Part shown: in pieces, positions 1 through 12,038 of the stretch
Layout: each line of letters begins with the position of its first letter
How positions within the stretch are numbered: the stretch's first letter is position 1
From: Tubulanus polymorphus
Taxonomy: Eukaryota > Animalia > Nemertea
Assembly: GCF_964204645.1 (NCBI RefSeq)
Contig: NC_134026.1
Coordinates: 10,997,950-11,061,949, forward strand
DNA length: 64,000 nucleotides
Reading direction: 5' to 3'
The notes under the pieces: generated by a model
What the model was told of the DNA's origin: nothing
What the model saw: the letters and a program-made list of their open reading frames with translations, nothing else
Database searches by the model: none
Position numbers and translations under genes: made by a program

Positions 1-1794
1 AACATTTCTGGTTTCTTAGGTACGACTGTCGAGAAACAGCCCCTGAATTACGATCGTGATGATCAATTTAAAATCATTGGCAGCGTGATTGTTAATTGAT
101 TCCGAGACTTCATGAAATCAATCGATTCGGAAACGTTTTCAGCGTGTAAGTGGAATCAAGGTGAAGGCAGTGTGCACGAGTAAACTGTCGTATGTAATGA
201 TTACAGGATGGCGGTATATAGAATTGCTCCCGTTCAGATCACATACTTTGTACCTCATAGCCGAAAGTTACCTCATGTCAGCAGTGGTAGTATATCATCA
301 TTTGTTCTGTTCTTGCTGATTTTGCAACACAAACACAGCTGATGATGAAAATAATTTAAGTAAAAAATTATATGTTGCCGTGAGTGCGACTATGCTCTCA
401 CTAACCCATGAAACGTTATCTGCTGAACTAAACTGGAATAGACACAAAACTAAAATGGTGAGGTTCGGTTGTTACCCATTTGAATCATCTTTATACCCCA
501 ATAGACGGGAGTAAAGACCAAATCGCCCAGTGTGTCCGGGCCTTAAGGTAGCGTATATTTGGCATCGATCCTTGATAATTGAAACAAGTACGTATGTTAT
601 AGGGTATAGAACGACTCTTTAAACTGTCTATAAATTTAACTTATTATTTCAACGATATACATGTACATGGAGTATATAATCTTGCAGACTCGTCAAGAAC
701 TGCAACCTTTAAACTGCGTTGGTTGAATTGGTCCTTAGCAGTGTCTTACCATAAACTGCATCAGCAATGACGCACGTCTCAGGTGTTTCCATTGCCATTT
801 CATCAGTGGAAATGGCCTCCAGTTATGATTATGAAACAAAGTGAATCAAAATTCGAGTATCGCATAATGAGAATGTAGCCCTTAATGTCACAGTTATATA
901 TGACTCAACATCAAACTTATTTTCAAAGCATAATACAGAACAATAAAACATAGGATATATCATCGCTTAAACTGATTGTAATAATTTAGGATTATCTTTT
1001 TAAAAAGTTGATAGACGATCTTTCTGTCACCCATGATATAGCTACAGCGATGGGTACCTAGAATTTGCTATTTTTTAAAATCTCAATAGAGTGGATTACC
1101 CCGGAAAAGGGGGCACGTAGTTTCCGTAATTTCAAATTAGCCGTTACAATTAGCCGTTGCTTCTTATCGCTATTACTAACATAGGATTGCTTAAAAGATC
1201 GCCAGGGAAATTAAATTGATGAGGGTTAGGGGTTTAAAGCAGCAATTGATATGTTAATGAGCGATTGATCAAAGGAAATAGTTTACTGTCGCAGAATGGT
1301 TGAACGATGTTCACACATTATATATTACCGTGGAACCATCAGTCATGCGTTTCATTGGATTGTATATGTTCTAGCAACAAGTACGATCCAGTCGCCAGGG
1401 TTCTTGATGACCTTTTCATCCTGCGGGGCATGAAGCCATAACATGATCTTATTACAAAATCTCATCAACCATGATGTGCTTCACAGGTAAGTATTCTCAT
1501 CTCTGGTTGATGTGAGCTTATAGTCAAAATGTAGATAACGAATGATCTAAGAATTGTCCGCTGAGTATCCCCTAAACGCACCAACTCATTTTTACATCAA
1601 CAGTCTAGTCTACGTAAAAAGCAGCAAAACCTATCGATTTGGTACGTATATATTTTTGCTCGAATAATAAACTTTTTTATCGGACTGTTCTTTTAAACAA
1701 ACTGCGACGAATTCTTGAACATGGTTAACTTCAAATTGGAGGCTTCCTTTGAAAGAATGATATTTTTCTTCAATATTGTTTCGATTTGAATGTA

Positions 1795-1966
1795 CAATCA
1801 ACCCGCGATCGGCCCTCCCATATACCCCAACCCCGCCTACCGCCAGGTTTTCTCAACGTACATCTCTATACAAATACATGGTAAAACACCCCCAATATAC
1901 CATCCACATCGGTGCAGAACGATTTTGGCGGTATAGAAAGTATGGTGGTATATCGGGGGTTGACTG
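1795..1966. mobile_element. Tc1/mariner-pogo-type MITE (~172 bp)
   Basis: Imperfect TIRs CAATCAACCCGCGAT / ATCGGGGGTTGACTG flanked by TA on both sides (1793-94, 1967-68). Confidence 0.75.
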
Positions 1967-3659
1967 TACATTCGACTTGTCATGTTCGATGATCAAATTT
2001 TGTGAACCTCCAATGAATGAAAAGGCGTATATTATATATCGACGGTTATCATCGGTTATCGACTAAAAATATTGAATGTTCGCTCTTGTATCGGACAAAT
2101 AATAGGGCATGGATATACTGTCAAAATTATAACATCATTTTTGCTGCGTCGATTGGCGCGTCAACTAATTCAATTCACGCCGTAGATATTCCGTCATAAC
2201 TACTTTGTTTCGCGGTATCTTAAGTAGATTTTCTGATATATTAGGTACCTATATAATGGTAGAACTATAAGCTGATGACATTAAAGTTATATTCAATTGA
2301 GTTGACAGCGCCATAAAGAAAAAGACGAACGATTTGGGACATTCGATCCCTATTAGTCTATCATTATACAGGTCGTTCTTACTCTAGGCTCAGAGCAAGT
2401 TTCAACCTAGACTGGTTTCCGGTCGGTATTCTGACTGCGAATGCGGGTGGCGCAGAATTCAACTGGCAACCAGTTTATCTACGACGTGTTAATCGACGCG
2501 TTGAAAATGATATTATAATATTCACGGTATATCCATTCCATGATGTGATAAAACGTCAAAATTGTTTTTCGTTTGGTGTTTTCGTGCATCTGCGTATATC
2601 TGGCTTTACTAACCTTTGTATCAATGCCATGATTCAATCAAAGGCCAGGCAGGATATTTATGAATCTCAGGTTTTAGCATAAGCTTTAAAGCGCAGCGCT
2701 TACGTATTTTACCAGGAAGAGTGTTGCAGCGATTTCGGCGACGGTAATTGCTCATTGTACCCTGCAAACTATCCATCGAGGCAAAATATTATCATTCAGC
2801 ATAATGTAACCCATGGTGAATGTTCCCTCCAAAATCAAGAGTACGGGCAGTTGAACATCTTGCATGATCTTGGGCTACCACGAGATAGGTTGTTTGGTAT
2901 AAGAGTTTCCAAGTAAAGAAAACCAATATTTCCTGAGGATAAGGGTGTCTATTTTCCATTGTATCGAATTCTTCATTTGCGAATTTCGAATTTAAAGAAG
3001 TTATTAGTTGTTCCGGGATCAACGGGTTTTCTACAAATGTAAATGTGCATATACATGTTTCCATTTTGCGAAAGACCAATTATAACAGTGTGAGTAATTC
3101 GAAGCTATAGTAAAATACAGAATCTAGTGATTCTAGTTATATACGTAAATTCGTTCCGCAATTCCACTTGTTTCACTGCAAATTCTGAGATTGGGAATCA
3201 AACTTTATGGTTTGAATTCATGCTATTTATCCGAATATTACCTCCAGAGGGCTGATACTGCTGACAAATCAGATATTGTTAGAATCAAGTCTGGGAACGT
3301 CAATATCTGACATAGTACGCAACATTTCGTGTCAAAGGTTCTCGTATGGTATAATATGCTGTGAATCAGAGGTACGCAGAAGTGCGGCAAAAAATTCTTC
3401 ACGCTAGAGTAACCAACGGATTTATAATCGTCTGTAGTGTACGAATATACTCAAAGCCATAGTGTGTCCAGTGTTGAAGAAATATCGAACAACGCAATGC
3501 GGACAATATATGCTGGAGACCTCAACGCATCTCGCACCATGATGACGTCCCTAGGCCTGGTAAAAAAGGCGCCTAATACACCGAAGTCCGCAACTGGAAG
3601 CAGGTGGCACCTTAGATTACCTAGACATCGATACCGGCAATATAGTTACCAGAAGGGAT

Positions 3660-5000
3660 GACCTGCAATCAACTAAATTTTAGAATAGAGGCGATGATGA
3701 AGAATATAATAGACAAACTCGATATCCTCCCTGATCTGAATAATAAAGTAGAAACAATATCCATATCAATTGGTGACCTCTCATCCAGAGATAAAAAAAG
3801 ATCGAAAATGAAATGATCGCAACAAAAAACTCAATTAACACAAGGCTTGAACACGATGAGATCCGTAAAAACTGCCATCGAAGCGACTGTATTACGAATG
3901 ATCAAGAAAACCGAAAAAGCGATTGCCCGTCTGACTTCACTTGAAAATCAGAACGGGCGCGAAAACTTGATTTTCTATGGAATAAAAGAAAATCCCGATA
4001 AGTCAACACGAGAAAACTGCGAAAGTTTAGTACAAAGTATCGACCCAGAAAGTGTAGTTTTCCAGAAACTAAATCGAAAGACAGGAAAATCAAAACCAAG
4101 AGGAATTAGCGCGATTTATGACTTACCAGGGTAGTGAAAGTATACTCAGAAATGCTTATAAACTTACAAACTGAAAAAAAGTGACATATCAATAAGTGAG
4201 GACTGTTGCCCCGAAATGGTCACCCAGATTAAGCAGCTCATACATATTATGGTTTATGGAGAACTTGGTCGTTTCCCGCTGTATATTGATACTCAGATAT
4301 CTGCTCCCGAATTCTGGTTGAAAATTCTGAAAGCTACACTTTGGACGCTAATCAACTCAGATAAATAACTATCCTTTCATATCTAATGGACATAAAATGT
4401 GTGATTTATCTAACAATTTAGGTCTTTTTGGATATCCCAGGATGCACCTTTTCATAAAACCTGTTGAGCAAAGACTCTAAGATCAATTTTTAAAAAATGG
4501 TTTCCCTCTATTGAAACCAGCCGCAAATGCAACATCTATAAGCACTTAAAATCATTCATTACTTACGAGAGATACCTTGATATCAATAACCCTAGTTTAG
4601 TAAATGCTTTCAGTACATTGAGCAGTGGATGTCACGATCTTATGATAGAAGGTGGTAGAGGGCCACAGATCCCAAGCGAAAACCGTTTGAGGGAGCTTCA
4701 TTGGGCCCCCTGAATTGATATCATAACACTTCATATTCTGAATGTACATCCACTGTATAATTTATATAACCTGTTAAATTGTCTTTGTAAATACAGATCT
4801 GATATATTTTGTTAGTTGTTACCCTAACCAAATCGAATACGAATACCATGTTTTACTATGCTGCATACACTATAACACCCCAAGAAGCAATTTTATCCCC
4901 AATATTATTGGAATTATGCGAGCATTCATAAATTTATAGATTTGATGAACACAACATCCAGCAATCTCCTAAAGCACATTGGAAAATTCCGTGTAAGAGA
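3660..5000 (+). mobile_element. Decayed, internally deleted non-LTR retrotransposon (ORF1 remnant joined to the ORF2 C-terminus; RTEX-like by inference)
   Basis: ORF1-type coiled coil plus 'RENLIFYGIKE..RENCE', 'KPRGI', 'ISISED'. From ~4248: '[19 protein letters not shown]', 'LRSGCHDLMIEGGR', 'YYWNY..IHKFIDLMN'. Many stops and frameshifts. Boundaries approximate. Confidence 0.7.
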
Positions 5001-5995
5001 CGGAAATTGCTTCTTAGGGGTTACTTAAAATGTAAACGATATTTACATCTATATATTAAGGGTAAAACGCCAACTGTCAGATCGATATAAGGTCGTCATA
5101 CAAGCATTAATTACTTTGACGAATAAATGCTACCATTTTGAATTATTATGATAATTATTATCATTATCATTACCAAACTTGTTAGAAGCTATCAGTGAGC
5201 GCGAGGACAGGAAAATCAGAAATTGACACACAAGAAGCATCTATTCCAGCGCTTAAATCATCCCGACATCCCTAAACCTTAATGGCGATCTTCACCCGAA
5301 AAAGGTTCCGATGGAACAAGCCACTGACAAATTGACTAAAGTAGTACAGCGATGCACTGCTGAGCTCCACTCAAAGCGAGACTCGGCTTCACTACAGCGT
5401 TTTTTATGGTTTTACACGCGGATAACTTCCTCAATCGTGCGTTTAAATTTAATGAACGTCTCACGATGAGTAATAGTCTGCGTGATAGCCAGTTCTGTTT
5501 TCCTGTCACACTGACAAACTCCGATTATCTAATAAATCTCTGCAACCAGCTACACGAATCTCCGATATTTATATTTTCCCGGATCCTTATAGCTGTTATT
5601 GACATTAAAGCCAATATTCCATTGTTTTCTTTTTTGATTATTACAACACATTTCATCCGCCCACAGATTATTTACCATGCTTGCCCGAGCATTTCAGATA
5701 AATGAATTGTGTATGTGCTGAGGGTTTGAAGCAAAAAATAAAAATAAATATAGATCAGGAAGAAGATAGAGCTTATGACACTTAATGTGGCAAACTAAGT
5801 GCATGAAAGAGACCGTAAAAAACCGTATGTGCTCATCAACGATAATACCTATCATATGAGAACAATCAAAATGATTCAAAAACTGTTACATTTAAACGTT
5901 AAATTTCAATCCATTGCAATTATCAACATGACGAATGGCTGCCAAAACTTAATTGACTCTAAACGAATTCGTTTCAGAGTACCGGTACCGCTAGC

Positions 5996-6546
5996 GAATG
6001 TTGGTAAAAATGTTCCGGGAAATAATGACCCCGAAAAAAATTTCCCGGAAAATATATCCCCGGAAAAAATGTCCCCGGAAAAATGTCCAATAAGGTAGAC
6101 AAAGATATCACAGTCTATCATTACTAATTAAGTAAATTTCACATCAAACTAACACCAGAGAACAAACTAATGTGGTACTTGTGTTATACAATTAATAATT
6201 TACCACAAACAATTCATTGAGTGGCCATGAGAATTACAGGCCTCATAGTTTAGCACTAATTAATTTTGCCTATTGATAACATGTGACTTCATTACATGAT
6301 ACTTCAAATTTTTAAAATTGAGGGCGCAGTTGCTAAATTACACAATGGGGAAAATTATGAAAAGGTAAAAAGTAAATGCACAGTTTATTAAATTAATACC
6401 CGGTACACCAAATGTAAGAAGAATTCAAATTCATGATACAAATTATCAAACCAAAGTACGGTATATATTATCGATGTGTACCTTATTAAGTTAGAAATGA
6501 TCGATAGACTGGGACATTTTTTCCCGGGTCATTATTTCCCATATAC
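5996..6546. mobile_element. Non-autonomous TIR element with subterminal GGAAAAAATGTCC-type repeats (degraded)
   Basis: Array of CCGGAAAAAATGTCC-like units at 6003-6088 and inverted copies at 6511-6540. Left end GAATGT resembles the element at 52171. No TSD found. Confidence 0.55.
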
Positions 6547-6633
6547 GTAACTTCGGTTATATAAAATGCTAGGCCTGACAGGAATTGAACTACCCGAATC
6601 GACGAAGTGGTTGTATGTGGTCAGACCCAGCCC

Positions 6634-8387
6634 GCGAATTTCTTTTTCACACCAGGTCCGCCATCTTGTTTCTACATGTGACATGCTATCACGTGATCTC
6701 AACATGTAAACATAATAACTACCTTTTTAATAATTTTTAACTACCTTTTTAAGATTAAAACTTTTGACCTGAGAGATAATGTTGTCACGGCTTTGAAACT
6801 GTTCAATATCTCTGTGGTACCAATTCTAACGTACTGCTGTGAAGTTTGGGGTCCCTTCTACACTGAGAAGGTCAATGATACAAATTTTATGTCTATTTGC
6901 AATACTTTACCAGCCGAGAAAATTAATATAAACTTTTGTAAATATTTGTTAGGTGTGCATAAGAATGCTACCAACGCAGCAATTATGGGTGAGCTCGGGC
7001 AATACCCTATTCTCATCCCTGTCATTTATCTTAGCTCAAAATTTTGGTTTCGAGTGTGTTCGTCTGACATCAATTCCCTGGTTAGGAAGTCGTATTTGGA
7101 CTGCCTTTCCTCTATACATTTATCACCTAACTGTTATAACTGGGGATTAGCAATGAAGAAATTGATGAATTTTGGCTTCAGTGAAACCTGGGAGAATCAA
7201 GGCTCAATTAATTTTTGTAAAACCGCTCGTGAACTCAAATTATACACCCAGGCTTTATATAAATATAATTGGGCGTCCTTTGTGTTCTCCAATGATCTCG
7301 GTAGGGAGAAATCAAAATTAAGAACGTACAAACGTTTCAAATATAATTTCTCCCTCGAAAGGTATCATTTATAGATAAAAAATTTTCATAAACGCAAGGT
7401 TCTTGCTAGGTTACGAACAAGCGCACACCAACTAAGAATAGAGGCTGACAGATATAAAAAGCCTTTTGTTCCTGCTAAGGACAGAATTTGTAGGTTATGT
7501 GATTCGGCCCAAATTGAGGATGAGCAACATTTCATCCTCCAATGTCAACTATATGACACCGAAAGGAAAAACTTTTTGAATTCGCTCCGATTAATTATGC
7601 CCATCGACAATTTTTCCGAGGATGAACTTTTTATTCTCCTGATGTCCTATGGTAACGACTTTGAGATCTGCAACCTTTTCTGTAACTATATACAACAAAT
7701 AACAGACAAAAGAAACGGGTTTTTTTTTGGTTAGATATGCCCCGGAGGTGGGAGTGAACCCTCAACTTGGTTTTTCACTCCCACCTCCCGGCTAGTATAC
7801 ATATGCTTCTTCCAGTTTTCTCATGATGGAGCCCCGGAGTGTGTCCTCTAAATCATGCTTGTTCCGCAAATGTGTTATCCTGTCTATTTTAAATTGTAAT
7901 TTTCTACTCTGTAAAATTAATTGTCCTTTTTCTCCTTTATTGCATTATATACTTGTATGTTTTATTGTAAAACTTTTAAGTTGTAATAAAGTATTGAATT
8001 GAATTGAACTACCGGTATACATAAAACACGTGTTCCTTATAAAACAGGAATAAGTTGAATAACGAGACCCACTAAGTAACAAAACGAAAATTGGAGTCTA
8101 GAATATAATCCTTAATCATAATGTTAATAAATTTGGGGAATTATTTGTTTTATTACACTGTGTTACATAAATTTGCAGCATTTTTGGTTACTCTGTCTCT
8201 ACTACGTACGACTACGTACGACTCTTACTCTAGGCCATTTAGACCGAAGAGCATTCGAGATTAATCGTCACGATTGCACGACTGCTCTGATGAACTGAAT
8301 CATCATTCATGAACATGTAGACCGGAAATAAATCGGAGTTACGCATGCGCAACAAAGCACCGACCTGGTGTGAAAAAAAAAATTCGC
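6634..8387. mobile_element. Non-autonomous DNA transposon with 9-bp TSD (Mutator/MULE-like), carrying a nested LINE fragment
   Basis: TIRs GCGAATTTCTTTTTCACACCAGGTC / GACCTGGTGTGAAAAAAAAAATTCGC; perfect 9-bp direct repeat ACCCAGCCC at 6625-6633 and 8388-8396. Confidence 0.85.
6745..8008 (+). mobile_element. 5'-truncated LINE, ORF2 C-terminus and 3' UTR (RTEX-like by inference)
   Basis: ORF 6793-7374 'VVPILTYCCEVWG..FCKYLLGV..AIMGELGQYP..KLRTYK'. Continues past a stop into 'RLRTSAHQLRIEADRY..RICRLC..EDEQHFILQC'. Ends AATAAA + (TTGAA)n tail. Confidence 0.85.
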
Positions 8388-8641
8388 ACCCAGCCCGGCA
8401 AATCTCTGAAGGTACAAACCGGCAACCAGTCTACAAAAATTGACCGGCAACCAGTCTAATTTGACAGGCCGATATGTAGACTGGTCGCCTGTCCCAAAGT
8501 TAGACTGGTTGCCTGTCCCATTCTAAATGCGAATTTATCACGTCAAATCTGATTTGATTTTCCTAATCAAGATTTTCTAGTAATGTGTCATCTAATCAAA
8601 TCAGATTTGACTAACATGATGAATTTGACAATTTGTCCAAA

Positions 8642-10060
8642 ATGGCAGACAAGAAAATACTGCCACTGGTGTTTGATATTATTTTCGACGGATGAATGCC
8701 CACTGGATAATGCTTCGCAAAGCTTTTCTCTTCTGCACCACAACAATGGCAAATCCCAGTAGATGTCTTTCTCGAAACAGAAGCGACGAAAAATATGAAA
8801 AAGCGTAAAGTGCCCCTTATACCAGAGTTTGTTGAAGTTGACCATACCACGGTTTAATACACAGGAATTCACAGAACGATTTCGCAACATTTGACGTGAT
8901 ACTGTCGCACATCGGGCCGTTAGTAAAGGCTAACTTTGCAGACACAGAAAAAATGATCATGGTTGAATAACATTAGTATACATCAGTTATGCTGTCACGC
9001 AAGTGCCAATTATGAGAATCGCTGATTAGTTTGGAGTTTCAGAATCGAGTGTCTTCAATATAATTGGTGAGGAATACATTATATTTATAGGCCTATTTCA
9101 TACCTGGCAAGTGAGGTCCTTCCATTACTGGAAAATCAAGGTCGTTGCGACATGTAACCTACTAAAAAATGGAAGATAGATGTACCAACAATTTGCCGTA
9201 GTTTTCTATATTTATTTATCATTTTTCTATATCTATTTTATCTTTTTTTATTTCCCCGTTATGATTAGTTGTTCTCTCTCTCTAATTTGTGGTTCTCTCT
9301 CTATTTTAGGCTTGCTTTCGAAAATCATATGTGAAAATATGCTGTCTCGTTTTGTTATGACCTTCTGGTGAGAGAGTTCAGCAAGAATTCGATGGTGTTT
9401 TGCATCTCAGAAGGGATTTCCCAATTGGTGTTAGGCGTTATCTATGGTACGCACATAAACATTAAATCACCAATGAAATATCAGGAAAATTATATCAATA
9501 GGAAACAATTTCACAGTATAAATGCATTTGCAGTTTGTGACCATGAATATTTATTCACTGATGTAACTGTAGGATGGCCGGGCTCCTGTCATGATTCAAG
9601 AGTACATGTATTAAAAAATTCAGTGCTTTATAAAGAAAGATTATTGAAAACAGGAAGCTTATTTTACCAAGAAATTTGCACTTATCAGGGGACTCTGCAT
9701 ATGGATTGGATACATTTTTAATGTCCCCGTTTAAGAATAATGGTATATTAACTCAATTCCAGCTTGATTATGATTATAAGCATAGTTCCTCCCGAATGAG
9801 GATTGAAAATACGTTTGGAATTTTCAAAGGTCGGTTCAGACGTTTGAAGTACATTGATATGCATAACCATGAACGACTACTTTATTTCGTAACCAGTTGC
9901 TTTGTTCTTCACAATATTTGTCAAATAAACCAAGAATGCTGTGAAGAATACTTGAGAGAAGGCATTGAGGAAGATCCAATTCCTATGGAATGATGGAGCT
10001 AATCCGGCTGCTGAAGGAAAACGAATGGCTATCGCAACAATACTTTCTATTGAAGATTGA
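8642..10060 (+). pseudogene. PIF/Harbinger (HARBI1-like, DDE_Tnp_4) transposase pseudogene
   Basis: Motifs 'GVIYGTHINIKSP' (first catalytic D replaced by Y), 'YINRKQFHSIN', 'GWPGSCHDSRV', 'GDSAY', 'RMRIENTFGIFKGRFRRL', 'CFVLHNIC', split over frameshifted ORFs 9368-9721 and 9676-9993. N-terminal remnants from 8642. Confidence 0.88.
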
Positions 10061-10519
10061 TAGACTTAAAACTGAAGCTGAATAAAGAATATTTATTACC
10101 TGTATGCAAAACATAAGATTTAAGTTTTCTTTCGTCTGTTCAGTAAAAGGTTTGTGCACAGAATCCAAGATAACAAAAAGATTTTAATTTGATAGGATTG
10201 GTTTTTTAATTAAATTTATAGCATTTGTGACGTAAATTGTGAGGATTTTTAACAATTAAATCTTTAACATAAGATATAACATTTACAACAAATTCATAAA
10301 AAAAGATGATACACTGTATTTATAACAGAAACATAAAACGCTGTACACAAAATACAATAAAGTCACAATACCGGGAAATATCTTGACAGTCAAATGAGAA
10401 TAAGCCGATTTGAGTCTCTAATATTGGAACAGTGATGAAAGTTCTAAATTTGTACATATTGAAGGAGTACGAGGTCGGGAGCTCTACTTAAAATTTGTCT
10501 TACAGTTTTTGAAATAGAC

Positions 10520-11070
10520 GATTTACTTAAAGACTAAATCTAGTATTTTCGACATAAACTTTCTCGCGTTGTAACTGCATTAATTCATCATGATGGCTTT
10601 TCATATGTTCCAAGATAACCTATCTTGTTTTATAGACTCATCGTACTCCTTCAATATAGCCATTACCTGTTCATTTCTAGGGGTTTCCCTTTTGCGTCTT
10701 TTCCAAGGGGGAATATGATCGAGTAAATCATCTTCTGACTGCTCAGACGATAATATTAAACTTTCAGTAGATTTATTGATGAAAGTATTACCAAACCAGG
10801 AGCAATATCAGGACTATCTCCAAGATATTCAACTTGCCGAAGTTTCGACATGATTAATCGAGGGTCGTTTCCAGTTCTTTTGTTTTGGTCTACAGTTTTT
10901 CTATATGCAAAAGTTAAGTTGTTCCACTTGTTCTTAACTTGTGTTTCGTTAAAATTGAATGATTCTTCCAGTAGTTTTCCGGCTATTTGCTTCCACAATT
11001 AATTTTTCTTTGTTGAATTGAATCGATATTGGAAAGTCTTACGGAGTTCAATCAGTCTAAACACAGCTGC
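10520..11070 (-). pseudogene. Myb/SANT-like (trihelix) DNA-binding protein of the Harbinger element, disrupted
   Basis: 'LIELRKTFQYRF..KKN*LWKQIAGKLLEESFNFNETQVKNKWNNLTFAYRKTVDQNKRTGN'. Convergent with the transposase, the usual two-gene PIF/Harbinger layout. Confidence 0.82.
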
Positions 11071-11618
11071 GCGACACATTTTCTCGTTATTCAAAGCGGA
11101 CTCATTTGGAGAAAAAAAGAAACATTAACTCTCCATAGTACAGAACTTAACAGAAACAACAATAAATGTATGAATATAGAATCAACAAACCCGAGTCTTT
11201 TCGACGTGTCTTACACAGTCGTATGATTGTCTAATGCTTCCATAACACCAGTATCTGAAAGAGACGATAAACACTGTATGTATTTCACGAATCTGAATGA
11301 GCAAGGCAAAAACTTGTACACAATCGCCTTCCGATGATAAACATACCATTGATGTATTCTGCAGGATAATTGTCTCACCATTCTCTAAAAACTTCAGGAT
11401 TTACTGTGAAAGTCATCATTGTATCTTCTTCAGGCTGAAACAAAATTTCTTTTTTATTTTCACCATATCTATTGAAATGATACACATAACTCCGAATGTT
11501 AGCACTTACTCATCTTCACCCGTCAAGGGATTCGAACCCACTACGCTAAAGCTGTTCGCGAACCCCTTGACCTCACAAGTCGTTGGAGTCGTTACTAGCC
11601 GACCAGAATCCGGTCGTA

Positions 11619-11737
11619 CCAATCACAGCGCTTGTAACAAATGACTTTAGGCTTCTATTGGTTTTCCCGTTAAATAGACCAATCAGCGAACGTTTTACTG
11701 AACAAGGAAGTATTTCGCAAATCGATATATGACGTCA
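11619..11737. promoter_or_regulatory. Cluster of three CCAAT boxes and a CRE palindrome
   Basis: CCAAT at 11619 and 11679, ATTGG at 11657, TGACGTCA at 11730-11737. Lies between the divergent Myb/SANT gene and ACADSB-1. Motif evidence only. Confidence 0.4.
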
Positions 11738-12038
11738 TGTGCAACAGCGCCAGTAATGAAATCACGCTTCGTGAGGCCAGGGGGCTGGTGGAAGCGAGTT
11801 CGGGAGTGATACCTGACCCCTGGCAAGCGAGGATGGCATTTACTCTGCAATTTTAAGGGGTTGTTCAGTAATTGGAGATAGAGACCGGTAACCAGTCTAT
11901 CCAAAAGATAGAACCGGTAACCAGTCTAGTCGATATGTGGCGCCGCCTATCGCGGAAGTAAAATTGATTGATTGATTGATTGCGATTGTGTAATCCTTTA
12001 CCCTATAAATCTCAAGTTCTCTCTATCAAGTTATCATC

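Larger units (their letters stand above)
8478..11930. mobile_element. Putative composite TIR element enclosing the Harbinger gene pair
   Basis: Paired motif TAGACTGGTYGCCTGT (8477, 8500) and inverted pair ACCGGTAACCAGTCTA (11884, 11913); CGATATGT direct repeat at 8470-8477 and 11931-11938. Confidence 0.5.

Noticed and set aside
270-2800. Possible exons near the window start: minus-strand MDSLQGTMSNYRRRNRCNTLP (~2775-2712) and MAMETPETCVIADAVY (~798-750) ending at GT donors; AG/GT-bounded segments at ~274-339 (-) and 1374-1486 (+)
   Set aside because: No recognisable protein motif, and the AG/GT-bounded segments have stops in all frames. Could be alternative first exons or UTR of a gene outside the window, but this cannot be supported here.
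11522-11572. B-box-like GGTTCGAATCCC on the minus strand within a short palindrome
   Set aside because: No full cloverleaf; lies in the 5' region of the Myb/SANT pseudogene. Not called as tRNA.
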